Source of the DNA: Mobula hypostoma
Taxonomy: Eukaryota
Length of the DNA stretch: 64,000 bases
Assembly (NCBI RefSeq): GCF_963921235.1
Contig: NC_086097.1
Coordinates: forward strand, 125,428,001-125,492,000
Reading direction: 5' to 3'
Shown here in pieces: positions 38,909-52,500 of the stretch. Each line of letters begins with the position of its first letter. Position 1 is the stretch's first letter. The position numbers and the translations under genes were made by a program. The notes beneath the pieces are model-generated. The model saw nothing but the letters and a program-made list of their open reading frames with translations, was not told where the DNA came from and ran no database searches.

Positions 38909-41900
38909 CGTCATCTGAAAACATACTAATCAGCTACATTTTCATCAAGATCTTGCAGAACACCACTGGTCGCACACCTCCAGAGATATACCCTTTCACC
39001 ACTACCCATTATCTTCTAAGCAAATTTTTGTATCCAACTTCCCAAATCAACATGTGTAATTAAATTTTAAAAGAACAGACAAATACAATGAAAGAACAAG
39101 ATATATTCGATGGAGTGCGAAGGAATTCAAATGGGGTACAAACAATTGGTGGGTTAATTATAAAGATGATTTAGGAAACCACTGATAATTATAAGACCAT
39201 AAGATATGGGAGCAGAATTAGGCCATTTGGCCCATCGAGTCTGCTCCACCATTTCATCATGGCTGACCAAATTTTCTTCTCAGTCCCAATCTCCTGCCTT
39301 CCCTCCATATTCCTTCATTCCCTTCAGGAATCTATCAACCTTTGCCTTAAATATACATATAGACTTGGCCTCACAGCTGCCTGTGGCAACGAATTCCATA
39401 GATTCACCACTCTCTGGCTACAGAAATTCCTCCTCACCTCCGTTCTAAAAGGACGCCCTTCTATTCTGAGGCTGTGTTTTCTGGTCTTAGACTCTCTCAC
39501 CGTAGGAAACAGCCTCTCCACATCCACTCTATCAAGGCCTTTCACCAGTCAATAGGTTTCAATGAGGTCATCCCTCATTCTAGTGAATACAAGCCCAGAG
39601 CCATCAGACGCTCTTCATATGACAAGCCATTCAATCCTGGAATCATTTTTGTGAACCTCTTTGAACCCTCTCCAATTTCAGCACATGTGACCATTCACTG
39701 GATGCTTTTGTTTTGCATCTACCAGCAAGTCATGGAATGTGTTTCGGTGTGCAGTAAAATTCCCAGCACTGCCTCAAAATCTGATTCCTTTCCATCCGGA
39801 AACAATATAGATATCCTACTTCTTAACATCAGAATCAGAATCAGGTTTAATATCATTGGCATATGTCGTGAAATCTGTTGCCTTTGCAGCAGCAGTAAAA
39901 TGCAATAAATAATAATAGAAAAACACTGTGAATTGCAGTATGTGTGTATATCAAATGTTTAAATAAGTAGTGCAAAAATAGAAATAAAAATGAAGTTAGA
40001 TAGCGTTCATGGGTACAATAGCCTTTCCTGAAATTTTGCTGAATCTTATGGGTAGTTTGTAGGAAAAATTATTTCAAAGTAAATAACAGTGTAAAAAAAA
40101 GTCCTTTGGTTAAATATAATCCAGAGATATATAAATGTAAACTACCTCCTCTTAGTTTGGGCTATTGAATCACAGCTGAATTGTGAACACTTTAAACAAT
40201 TTAAAGCAATAATTTAACAAATATCATCCCATTAGCCTGAACAATTTAAAATCTGGATTTGAGAAGCATCAATCACCAATACATTTAGATATTTACATCC
40301 AAAAATCAAGTTGAACAAAATGCTTTCTTACTTGTGTGCGGTTTAAGAACAGACAAAAGCAAGGACCACTTTGACCTTTGATTACTAATGGCTAGAATTC
40401 ATCCCATTGCAGGAGTGACCCATTGTCTAGAGACCAACCGCCGCTTTCTCGATATGAATAATGGCTCACCTTTGGCCTTTTCAAAAGAAAAGTAAAGTTT
40501 TTTCAAAAAGCATCATGGTATAGGTTAGTAACCAACATGCTACTTCCAATAAATCCTGGAATCAATACACACTGATTTTATAGGATTACTGGTGCTTTTC
40601 CCTCTTCCTGACATCAGTTCCAGACTTTTAAATTATTTACCAAACTACAATGATCAATGAAATTGTCCCATAAAGCACCCAGTGTTTCATTTGCTTTTCA
40701 AGACGAAATCATTAGTAGCCTCTAAAGAGAAATCTCCATGCACCAGCAAACAAAATGTGGCTTTTATCTGATGTGCTTTCATCATACAAGCACTCAGCTA
40801 TGCCGGGCGTGAATCAATGTCTTAGCAGAACCCTTTGATTAAATATTAAAAAGGGACAATGCCTAAACACCAATTCAAACCCCTCACTGGCTCTCTTTGA
40901 TAGGAATTGTGTTATCAAAAGGATTATTTTATCTTTCCCACACTCTCTACATCTTTTTCTCTAAATGCATCAATAACCTTGCAAACACTGCAGCATGCTT
41001 TCCTGATAGACAGGCTATTGTACAGAAATCACAGAGAGAACGCATTGAGAAACAACTATAACCTTCACTGTTTGCACTCATGCACGTGAATACTATTCAG
41101 CTAAAGCAGAACATTTAAAAATTACAACACATAAATTAATCATTTTTGCACTTGAAAGCCAAGAAGAGTTTTAATGCAATTTAGTTTCTTGATGGTAACA
41201 TTCACTTAGAAATCTTTAAACAAATAAACTATAAAATGTATGATATTATAATAAAAAAGAATAAGAATGCAATACACGTCCATTAATGTCTGTTTTTCCT
41301 TGTTGCATATGATGTATAATGAAGATTCAATGCGTCATGTATTTTTCAAAAACAAATATAACAGTATTTACCACATTGAGTAACATTATCCCGTACTGAA
41401 TTTAATTTCAAGCATTTGAATCGTTGCCCTCAGTACTGCAGGTAACTTTAAAAAAGGCATAAACACATAATTCATATTTTCTTGCTTGAATAGCATACAT
41501 CTACATGCAGTCTCCTGTGCTGTTAACAGACATCATCCACTGTTCACCCCAAAATCATCAGGACTTTGTTCATACAACCGTCATGACTGATTTCACAAAC
41601 TATGAAAGAAACCTAGTTTCTTGCTCGGTACAAATTACAAACTTCTCCGCTCTCGCCATGAAAGGCAATTACTCCATAATTAGGAGTTAAGATACAAAGG
41701 AAGGTTCAACCCTAGACCCAAGACCATAGTAGACTGAGTTACCTGATCCAAGGACGGTCAGGAATTATTTTAACAGCCCATAGCTGCTAGCGGTTACAAA
41801 GCACCTCATCCAAAGACAAAGTTGTCTCTGTGCTGTGAGTCTGGGCCGTACACACCCAGCTGACTGGTTCCTGTTCTCCCCCTGCGTCAAAAGGAGGTCA

Positions 41901-42277
41901 TGTGGGCGACGAGCTCTGGTGTTTCTCTGGCAACTGGCACGCTGGTTTCCACAGGGTCCTCCTGTCACTCCCGGGGTCTGACTCACCCCAGTGGGGCAAC
42001 TCAACCCTGCTCATCCTGGCTCTCTCTGATCACCGCACAGCAGACCAGTGACATTCCTCTATATGTCAAAGGTTCTGGGCATCAAAAACTACGGAAACAA
42101 GGCAGGAGAATAGGGTTGAAAGGGTTAATAAATTAGCCATGATGGAATGGTGGAGCAGATATGATGGTGAGAATGGCCTTGTTCTGCTTCTGTATCTTAT
42201 ATAGCTTCTAGGCCCTGATGGCAAATCTGAATACTGAAAGGCCTGCATAGAGTGGATTTGGAGAGAATGTTTCCAAT

Positions 42278-42508
42278 AAGCACAAGAGATTCTGCAGATG
42301 CCGGAAATGCAGCACAACACACACAACAAAATGGGTGAGTGACACACACAAAATGCTGGAGGAACTCAGTAGGTCAGGCAGCACCTATGGAGGAGAATTT
42401 TGGCCCACCACCTTCATCAGGTCCTGATGAAGGGTCTCAGCCTGAAACATCGTCTGTGTATTCCCCTTTATCGATGCTGCCTGACCTTCCGAGTTCCTCT
42501 AGCGTTTT
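42278..42508. mobile_element. Inverted doublet of Penelope terminal repeat inserted in a CR1 tail
   Basis: Central palindrome CCTTCATCAGG-T-CCTGATGAAGG. 15-bp TSD GAG(A/G)ATGTTTCCAAT (42263-42277 and 42509-42523). Confidence 0.82.
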
Positions 42509-42612
42509 GAGGATGTTTCCAATGGTGAGGGAGTCAAGCACCAGAGGGCATTGTTTCAGAATACAAGGACATGCTATTAAAACAGAGATGAAGAGGAATT
42601 TCTTTAGCCAGA

Positions 42613-42993
42613 CACTCTTCCAAAATAAATGATTTGATTCTTTATTATGAAACCATCCAAGATGAACAATTTAGCGATAAAAAACTAACAAAACTAAATT
42701 AGCGATACAGTGTCCAAATTAGTGAAGCAACGTACTTAGCGGTCGAACTAACATATTTAAGCGGTTAGCAAGTATGTTGGCATTCCAATAACATCCCAAT
42801 TAGCAGTCTAAATTAGTGTAACTAAGTGGTTGAACTAAATTAGCATTCCAATTAATGCAATTAATTGATAATAAATTAATTCATTGGTGATTAATTAATT
42901 AATGTTGACTCTTTATTCCCCTGCATGGAAGCTGCTTGACCTGTGTGTGTTACTCTGGATTTCCAGCATCTGCAGAATCTCATTCTTCCACCA
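42613..42993 (+). mobile_element. Penelope terminal-repeat insertion carrying ~290 bp of AT-rich patchwork DNA
   Basis: Perfect 17-bp TSD GAATTTCTTTAGCCAGA (42596-42612 and 42994-43010). Confidence 0.8.
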
Positions 42994-44340
42994 GAATTTC
43001 TTTAGCCAGAGGGGGTGAATCTGCAGAATTCATTGCCACAGATGACTGTGGAGGCCAAGCTATTGGGTATATTTAAAGTGGAGGTTGATATGTTCCTGAT
43101 TAGTAAGGGCATCAAAGGTTAAAGGGAGAAGGCAGAAGAATGGGGTTGTGAGAAAATAAATCAGCCATGATCGAACAGCAGAGCAGACTCAATGGGCTGA
43201 ATGGCCTATTCTGCAACTATATCTCATGGTCTTACGGACTGGTGAAGAAGTTCAGAGCTCTTCTGCAGAATAGTAATCAATTCATAAACTAAAGTTATTT
43301 TGTGGATGATGGAAGTCCAGAGTAACACACACAAAATGCTGGAAGAACTCAGCAAGTCAGAGAGCATCTGCAAAATCTGCAAAAAGAAAGCAGCATTTAT
43401 GAGGCTATCACATGAATATGCTATAAAGGAGATAGATTATTTGGCATCATGTCCAGTGCAAACATTGTGGGCTGAAGGTACTTTTTCTGTGCTTTTCTGT
43501 TCAACTTCTATTTCTAGTTACATATTAACTCCATATTCATGAGCTGACCTAATTTAAATATGAAAGAACCGAAGTTGATTCTCAACCCCACTGTCACTCT
43601 TTACCTCCAAACCCATTCCACTGTTGCCCCCATGACCCCATTTCCACAGTGCTCCAGTGCACCCTAACACTTCATTGTCGCTTCACCAATCCTCCCTGCT
43701 GCCACTCCGCTACTGCAACCCCACTCTCACCTGCAACATCATCACTCATCCCCTACCATCTCTCCTCTAGAACGGAAGAAGGGCCTCGGCCCCAAACGTT
43801 GGCTATCTATTCATTTCCATAGATGCTGCCTGACCTGCAGAGTCTCTTCAACACTCTGTGTGCCTGTTGTTTTGGAGTTCCCGCATCTGCAGACCTTCTC
43901 GTGTTTATCACTTCTCTAAATCCCACTGTCCACATTCCATCCTCTCCAGCTCACCAGCTCTTCAAGTTATCCCCTCACATTTGAAACCCAGCCCTCCGCC
44001 CTCTCATCACCATCCCATCAGCAACCCCGGTCTATCAGCAATCCACTGTACTACCATCACTTCACCACTACCTCTTCACCAACCACGTCTCTCCAAAACC
44101 CCATTCCTACTACATTTATAACCAGAGGTATTTCAACTTTAACAGAATGTTCCTCCCAGGGTAGAAACGTTGAATGCTAAAGGACATGCATTTACTGTGA
44201 GAGGGAGAGGAAGTTTAATAGAGATGTATAATGCAATATTTTTTACACAGTGAGAGGCGAGCGCATGGAATGAGCTCTCACGGATAATGGTAGAAACAGA
44301 TACCATAGCAACGTTTAAGAGGTGTCAGATGTGCAGTGAA

Positions 44341-45060
44341 TCAAGAATCAAGGATTAATTTTATCTGCCTTGTACTTTTACATACACGTATTAGGAATTT
44401 GCTGTCATGTGTTGGCACATGCAACAAAACATGACAGTCAATAATTATAAAGTTTAAAGAATTATATAAAAGTAAAGTTACAAGCATGGATATGGAATAA
44501 AATGTGCATAAATCCATAAATACCAGCATGTATTTACAAAGTAAACAGCAGTATGATACATGGTTTAAAATGCTTATAGTGCAATGCAGTGACTGAGGTA
44601 ATACATAGAGGGGGTTAGAGGTCACTAGAGTGGTTGATCAGATTTACTGCCTGGGAAAAAAACTTTAAAATGGTGTGAAATTTTTGTTTTAATAGCTCTA
44701 TAATGCTTTCCAAAAGGGAGCTTTGGTAAAGGCAGTTTGCTTATGGGCAGTTTCCACCATTATTTTTCTTGCCCATTTCTTTGTCCTGTACACATACAAG
44801 TCCTGCAGTGATGGTAGACTGCAGACAATGTCCCCTTCTGTTGTTCTCACAGTTTGCTGCAGTTTTCATATATTGTGAGAGGATGCAATACCAGATCAGA
44901 CAGTAACTTCTGATGTGAGGATGCTCTTTTTGATGACAGTGTGGAATTGCACCAGTGTGTTCTGTGGAAGACAGAATTTTACCATCTGCTGCAAAAAGCA
45001 CATCCTCTGCCAAGCCTTTTTGTTAATGAAGGAGATGTGGTTCTCCCAGATGATTCTCCT
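44341..45060 (-). mobile_element. Rex1/L2-like LINE 3' fragment
   Basis: Decayed C-terminal RT-associated coding and a tail ending AATAAA-like/(GATTCTT). Confidence 0.55.
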
Positions 45061-46320
45061 GAAATGGCAGGATATGGATCATGTACAGGCTGAAAAGATT
45101 TCAATTTAATTTGGCATCGCATTCGGTGCAGACATCATGGGCCGAAGTGCTTTACTGTTTCTATTTCTAGTTACATATTCAACTCCATATTTATTAGTTT
45201 ACCTAATTCAAATATGAAAGAATCACAGTGCCTGTTGGTGCCAATTGTTGTAAGAAATTGAAACAGGCTCTCTTAATTACATCAGTCATTAATATCCACG
45301 GCATACAGAGCTGAATAGAAATGTATTATCTTCTGTAAGTATCTAATTAGAATATGATTGATATGCTCTTGTCTAGTGAAGATTTATGTAGATCAGGATA
45401 CTGTGCTGAGATGCAGACTACAACAAGAGATCTTCTATAATCTCCACAAATTAATATTGATAAGGGTAAAGGGAGTATGTAATAGAGTAATTTCTTAAAG
45501 TAAATGAAACATTCTTCACTTTCCATGTCAGAAAAAGGGCTTTAATGCTGAAATATGGTATTATACTTCATTTTGATAGAATAATGGATTGCATGCTGGT
45601 GTACAATAGTAATTGTACATCATTGTCTGAACAATTTCACTTAAGATAGTGGTTTACATAGTTTGAAAATGTTTGGATCAGTAAATCATCTTTTTTCTCC
45701 TGTCACATTACATTTGCAAGAAATGAAGACATCTGACATCCTTTTACATATTGGTAATTCTAATTCATGTGTGGGAAAAATCTATGAATCTCTAAATTCC
45801 ACTATGAACAGAATGCTTAGTTTATTCTTTTAAAATGAAAAGTAATTGAAGTTGCTCATCAGTTTAGGCTAGTTCATTCGTGCAGCTTTCATTTATACAA
45901 ACATAAAATGCTTTCTCATTTGCAATTTCAAATCACGTTGTTCCTTTCCGCGCCTTGTGGCGCATTGGGCAGCAACCTTGCTGCTTCTTTACCATTTGTG
46001 TCTGTTTTTCACGAGGTCGAGTTGCCAGACCAACGTTCACTCCAGCGTGTAAGGAGCTGGCTGGGTTCGAACCCAGGACCAGTCGCCTCGAAGTCTGGAA
46101 TAGTTGCCATTACACCACCGGCCAGCAACTTCAAACCAGTTAAACAGATGCACTAATGTGCAAGGTTTTAGGAATTCATATTTCTAATAAAAATCAGAAG
46201 GCATTATTTACAAAAGAAACAATCACCCTGCTAAATGTGATAATTTTGTACTAATACAGATAATGTACTGATTTCAAGACTCAGTTAAAGATTCAATGCA
46301 CGTCTATCCACGACTCATGT

Positions 46321-46835
46321 ACAATCAGTGGCCACCTTATCAGATACCACCTGTAACTGATAAAGCGGCCACCAAGTGTACATATGCTCATCCACTTCAA
46401 GGTTCGACGTGCTGTGCGTTTGGAGATGCCTTCCTGCATACCACTGTTGTAACTCATGGTTAATTGAGCTACTATTGCTTTCTTGTCAGTTTGAACCAGT
46501 CTGGCCATTCTCCTCTGACCTCACATTAGAAAGTGGTTTTGCCCACAGAACTGACACTTACTGGATGTTTTTGTTTGTTTTTTTTTGCACCATTCTCTAT
46601 AAACTCTAAACACTAACGTGTGTGAAATCCAGGAGACCAGGTTTTTCTGGGATATCCAAACCACCCTGCCTAGCACCAACAATCATTCCACAGTCAAAGT
46701 CACTTAGATCACATTTCTTCCCCATTCTGATGTTTGGTCTGAACAATAGCTGAACCTCTTGACCATGTCTGCATGCTTTTATGCATTGAGTTGCTACCAC
46801 ATGATTAGCTGATTAGATATTTACATTAACAAGTA
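46321..46835 (-). mobile_element. Tc1-family relic
   Basis: Minus-strand MGKKCDLSDFDCGMIVGARQGG and MARLVQTDKKA...RRTLKWM. Another plus-strand copy lies at ~47800-48205. Confidence 0.8.
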
Positions 46836-49240
46836 GGTTTTTTTAAATACTGAATACCTTGTAATAAACATTGTTATACACAGTTCTTCATAGTATTTCA
46901 AACTTAGCTATCTGTTTTCTTGGGAATATTTGCAGTGCCCTCTCCTGGAAGTGTTGGCTTAACTTTCTTGCCATTTCCTTGTTTCCTGTTTCATTCCCCC
47001 AATTTCATTCTCAGTCTTACTTTAGATGCCCTCTTTTCATATATATTCGTAGAAGCTCCTGCTCTCTCTTTTGATATTACTTGTCAGCTTTGTCTCGCAA
47101 TCAACTTTCCCCTCTTAAGTAATATTTTAGTCCCTCACTGGTGTCTCCTGAAAAATTCCAGTCTTCAACTCTTTGGCTGCTTTATATATTCTAGTTTTAG
47201 GTTAGACTTGCTGCAGAAGTTGACAGGGTTGTTAAGAAGGTACATGTTGTGTTGGTCTTCGTTAGTCAGGGAACTGAGTTCAAGAGCCATGAGATAATGT
47301 TGCAAATCCATAAAATCCTAGTTAGACAACACTTGGAATATTGTGTTCAGTTCTGGCCACCTTATTATACGGGAAGGATGCGGAAGCTTTAGAAAAGGTG
47401 CAGAGGAGATTTATCAGGATGCTTGCCTGGATTAGGTGTTTATTTTGTGAGGATCAGTTGGGCGAGCTAGGATTTTTTCTCTGAAGCGAAGGAGGATGAA
47501 AGATGACTTGATAGAAAATGATAAGAGGCGTAGATTGAGTGGATAGCCATAGACTTTTCCCAGGGCTGACGTGGTAATACAAGGGAGCATAATTTTAAGG
47601 TGACAGGAGTAAAGTATAGGGGGGATGTCAGAGGCAAGTTTTTTTACATAGAGAGTGGGTGCATGGAATACCCTGCCAGGGGTGTGGTAGAGGCAGATAC
47701 ATCAAGGGCATTTAAGAAACTTTAGATAGGCACTTAGATGGTAGGAAAATGGAGGGGTATGTAGGAGGAAAGAGCTAGATTGCAGACAAGATCATGACGT
47801 TCATTTGCTATTCAGACCAAATATCAGAGTGGGGAAGAAACGTGATCCACGTGACCTTGACTGTGGACTTACTGTTGGTGCCAGACAGGGTGGTTTGAGT
47901 ATCTCAGAAACTGTTATTCTCCTGTGATTTTCACACACAACAGTCTCTAGAGTTTACAGAGAATGGTGAGAAAAACAAAAAAAAAATCCAATAAGCAACA
48001 GTTCTGTGGGCAATAATGCTTTGTTAAAGAGAGAGGTCAGAGGAGAATGGCCAGACTGGTTCAAGCTGGCAGGAAGGTGACGTTAACTCAAATAACCACA
48101 CCTACAACAGTGGTGTGCAGAACTGCACCTCCAAACACAGGGCACGTTGAACCTGGAAGTGGATGGGCTACAGGAGCAGAGGACCACGAATACACACTTA
48201 GTGAATGTACTGTATAATCACAGTTATTTTTAACTGCATCTGTTGCTCACACTGACCGCTCAACACCTAACAACTGGTCAGAGTGGTGGAATGAACATCA
48301 TAGGAAATAACAAGTACTCTATGGTCAGCCAGCAGAGTAAGGAATCACAGGGAAAGGTACAGAAAAAGAACAGAGAAAAGGAGAAAGAAAGCCAGAATTT
48401 ATCTCTTGAATACCTTTTTACATCGAGAGTGAGATTTTTCTGAAATGAGCTGCCAGATGTACTGAAGAAGATTAGCTTTATTTATCACATGAACATCAAA
48501 ATATAGAGTGAAATGCGTCATTTGCATCAAATAAATCAGCAAGAGTCACCACAGTTCCAGTGACAACATAGCATAGCATGCCCCAACTCACTGACCCTAA
48601 CTGTATATCTTTGGAATATGGGAGGAAAACAGAGCACCCAAGGGAAACCCATGCATACATAAGGAGAGCCTATAAATTCCTTAAAGACAGTGGCGGGATT
48701 GGAAACCCATTCTTGTAGCTGGCACTGTAAAGCACTGTGCTAGCCACTATGCTACCATACCAACATTTTTTTAGGGTTGAAGGAGGTACGGTAACAACTT
48801 TTATGAAACCGTTGGACAGGTACAGTACATAGGCAGAAAAGGTTTAGAAGGTTATGGGTTAAACACAAGAAAATGGGAAGAGCTTTGCAGGCATCTTGAT
48901 CAGCATGGACCAGCTGGGTGGAAGGGCCTTTTTCTGTGCTCTCTGACTCTACAGCAAACCCTTCAGAGATGTCTTCTGAAGGTTTGCTGATGGATCAAAT
49001 TTGGGTGACAAACTGAGTCATGTAATGGGCTCTATCTTAAATAATGACGAGTCAGAGCACAGGAAGGAGATAGAGAGCTTGGTGACATGGTGTCATGTTA
49101 ACGCCTTTCTCTCAACAGTCAACTACTTCAGGAATGGGGGGTGGTGGGGGACTGTCTATAATGATGCTGAGAATGACAGCATTGAGAGTTTCAAGTTCTG
49201 AGGGTGAACATCATCAATAGTTTGACCTTGTCCAACCACA

Positions 49241-49548
49241 TTTTTTTTGAAGAATACATCTCATTGGGTCTTTGGGGCTCTTTCACATCAGACACTCTCA
49301 ACGAGGCGACCCAGCTGTGGTTGATCAAGCCATGACTCGTGTTCAGGTAGCATGTGCTGCAGATCCTCATGGACTTTCTCTCTTCATCCAGAGCCATTTT
49401 GAGGCTTTCTCTGCTGCCTCAGTATTGTTGCTGATGGCTCTCTGCCTCCTTATACCAGCAATATCCAATGCACAGAGGGCTCTGTGAAGAGCCTTTCCAG
49501 TGAAGCCCCGGCAGCCCACTTCAACCGGCAAGCACTTTGCCTCCCATC
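49241..49548 (-). mobile_element. HERO-like (RLE-bearing) non-LTR retrotransposon 3' fragment inside a Rex1-like relic (49000-50160)
   Basis: Peptide GWEAKCLPVEVGCRGFTG...EAAEKASKWLWMKR, an 8-nt A tail on the minus strand, and CCACA flanks (49236-49240 and 49549-49553). Confidence 0.7.
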
Positions 49549-52500
49549 CCACACGGATGCCACAGCCAATAAAACTCACCAATGCCTCTACTTCCTCAGG
49601 AGCCTCAAAAAAATGCAGCATGTCCCTGTCCACCCTTACCAATTTTTTACTGAGGCACCATAGAAAGCATCCTATCTGGATGCATTGTGGCTTGATATGG
49701 CAACTGCTCTGCCCATGACAGCAAGAAACCGCAGAGAGTTGGGGACACATCATGGAAACCTGCCTCCCCTCCATGAACTCTGTTTACACCTCTCGCTGCA
49801 TTAGTAAAGCAGGCAGCATAATCAAAGACCCCTCTCCCACTGGCAAGAGATACAAATGCCTGAAAGCACATACCACCAGTCTCAAGGACAGCTTCTACCC
49901 CACTGTTATAAGATGACTGAATGGTTCCCGAAATGATGAAATAGACTCTTGGCCTCACGATCTACCTTGTTTTGATCTTGCACATTACTGTCTACCTAAC
50001 TGCATTTCCCCTGCACTGTTACACTTTATTCTGCGTTCTGTTATTGTTTCACCTTGTGCAACCTCAATGCACTGTGTAATGCATTGATCTGTACAAAGAG
50101 TCTACAGGACAAGCTCTTTGTTGTTCCTTAGTTCATGTAATAACGATAAACTAATTACAAATGGGACCTTGCGGGAAGGCACTAAATTGGGGGAGTGCAA
50201 ATTACCACAGGATATGACAGGAGCTAAGGGGCATTAATTGGGAGATGCTGCTGTCAAGACACATCTAAGTCAGACCTGTGGGAGCTGTTTAAAGACAAGC
50301 TTGGAGTCAGAGCAAGAGGCTGAGATATTTAAAGACTACTTTGAATCAATATTTACCAAGAAGGAGGACTTAGAACATAGAGCATAGAATATAGAACAGT
50401 CTGGCACAGGAACAAGCTCTTCAGCTCACAACGCTGTGCTGAACCAATTATGTTAATAATCAAATGGCTAACTAAACTTCTGCCTGCACAATGTCTATAT
50501 CCTTCCATTTCCTTCTCATTCACATGCCTATCTAAATGTCTCTTAAAAAGACCCTAATGTTTCTGACTCTGCCACCAGCCTAGGCACCCACCACTCTCTG
50601 TGTAAAATACTTGCCTCTCACATCTCTCTAGGATTTACCCCCCATCTCACCTTAAATGCATGCTCTCTGGTATGAGACATTTCAACCCTGGGGAAAATAT
50701 ACTGTCTATCTACCCTATATCTGTGCCTCTCATAATCTTATAAACCTCTATCTGATCTTCCCTCAGCCTCCGCCACTCCAGAGAGAATAACCCAAGTTAG
50801 TCCAACCTCTCATTATAACATATGCCCTCTAATCCAGGCAGCATCTTGGTTATCCTCTTGGAGAAAGTGGAAGCTTAGTGCAGCAAGTTAATATGCTGGG
50901 GTATTTTGAAATTAAGTAGGAAGTAGTACTGGGTCTTCTGAAAATCCACGTCTCCAGGACCTAATGGCATTTATCCCAGAACATTGAAAGAAACAAGTGA
51001 GGAATTTGCTGGGGATTTGACAAAGATCATTGTATCCTAACTGGCAACAAGACGCAGTTCCAGAGGTTTGGACAGTGGCAAATGTTGTGCCTTTGTTCAA
51101 GAAAGAAAGTAGGGATAATCGAGGTAATTATCGACCCATAGGCCTCATGTTAAAGTAGGGAATCTAATGGGCACTGAGGGTACCTATATGCATTTGGAAA
51201 GGCATGGCTTGCTTAGGGACAGTCAATGTGGCTTTGTGCAAGGTAGGCCATACCTTACAAATTTGATTGAGTTTTTTGAGGCTAAGGAAGTAAACGTTAT
51301 CTACATGGAACTTCGTAAGGCATTTAATAAGGTTCCTCATAACAAGTTGATTCAGAAGATAAAGATGCATTGGATCCAGGAAGAATTGCAAGTTTGTATT
51401 CAAAACCGTCTTGCCCATAGAAGACAGGGAGTAAGGGTGGAATTCTGGCTGGAGGTCCATGACCGGTGATGTTTTGCAAGGATTGATGCTGGGGTCTCTG
51501 TTGTTGGTGATATACAAACGCACAATTGGGAGGTCAAATGTAAGGAGAAAGTATACAGTTAATGGTAGACCCCTTAATAACATTGAGTTACAGAGGGATC
51601 AAAGTACATTTATTATCAAAGTATGTATACAGAATGCAACTCTGAAATTCATCCTCCCACAGAAAGCCACGAGACAAAGAAACACCATGGAAGCTGTTCA
51701 AGAAAATATCAAACATCCAATGCGTGAAAAAAAGAACAAATTGAGCAAATGGCAAAGAGAGAGCAAACAACACATAGAATATCAAACATCAAACCTGTAC
51801 TGTTCAGTTTAGTGCCATGTCACTAGCCAAGGCAGACCCTGGGGCCATTCTTCGCTGAAGCACCCCAGTCCACACCAACTGCCCTGATCAAACCGCTCAA
51901 AAACAGCAAAAAAAAAAACTGGAATCCAGAAACACATACAACATGAATCTCAAAGTCACCCAAAAGGAGTGCTTAGCCTTGCTGACCAATCCTGGCAACA
52001 CAGAACCCAAGGATCTTGGGGTCTAGGCCCAGTTCACTGAGGGTGGCTACAGAAGTGAATAAGGTAGTAAAGCTCGTGTATGTCATGCTTGCCTTCACCA
52101 GCAAGGGGTTGAGTATAGGAATCAGTAAGTCATGCTGCAGCTGTATAAAACATTAGTCAGACCACACTTGGATATCTGTGTGCATTTCTGGTCACCCATT
52201 ATAGGAAGGTGTGGAGACTGTGGAGAGAGTCCATTGGAGGTTTACCAGAATGCTGTCTGGATTATATGGCATGGGCCATAAGGAAAGGTTGAACAAACTT
52301 GGGTTGTTCCCCTAGAGCATCGGAAGCTAAGGGGAGACCTGATAGAACTTTTAAAATTATGAACAAAAGAGACAGAGTAGGCAGTCAGAATCTTCTCTCC
52401 AGAGAAAAAAAATGTCAAGCACCAGAGGACATGCTTTTAAGGTGAGAGGTGTAAGTTTAAAGGTAACAAAAGGAGCATTTTTTTTTAACCTAGAGAGTGA

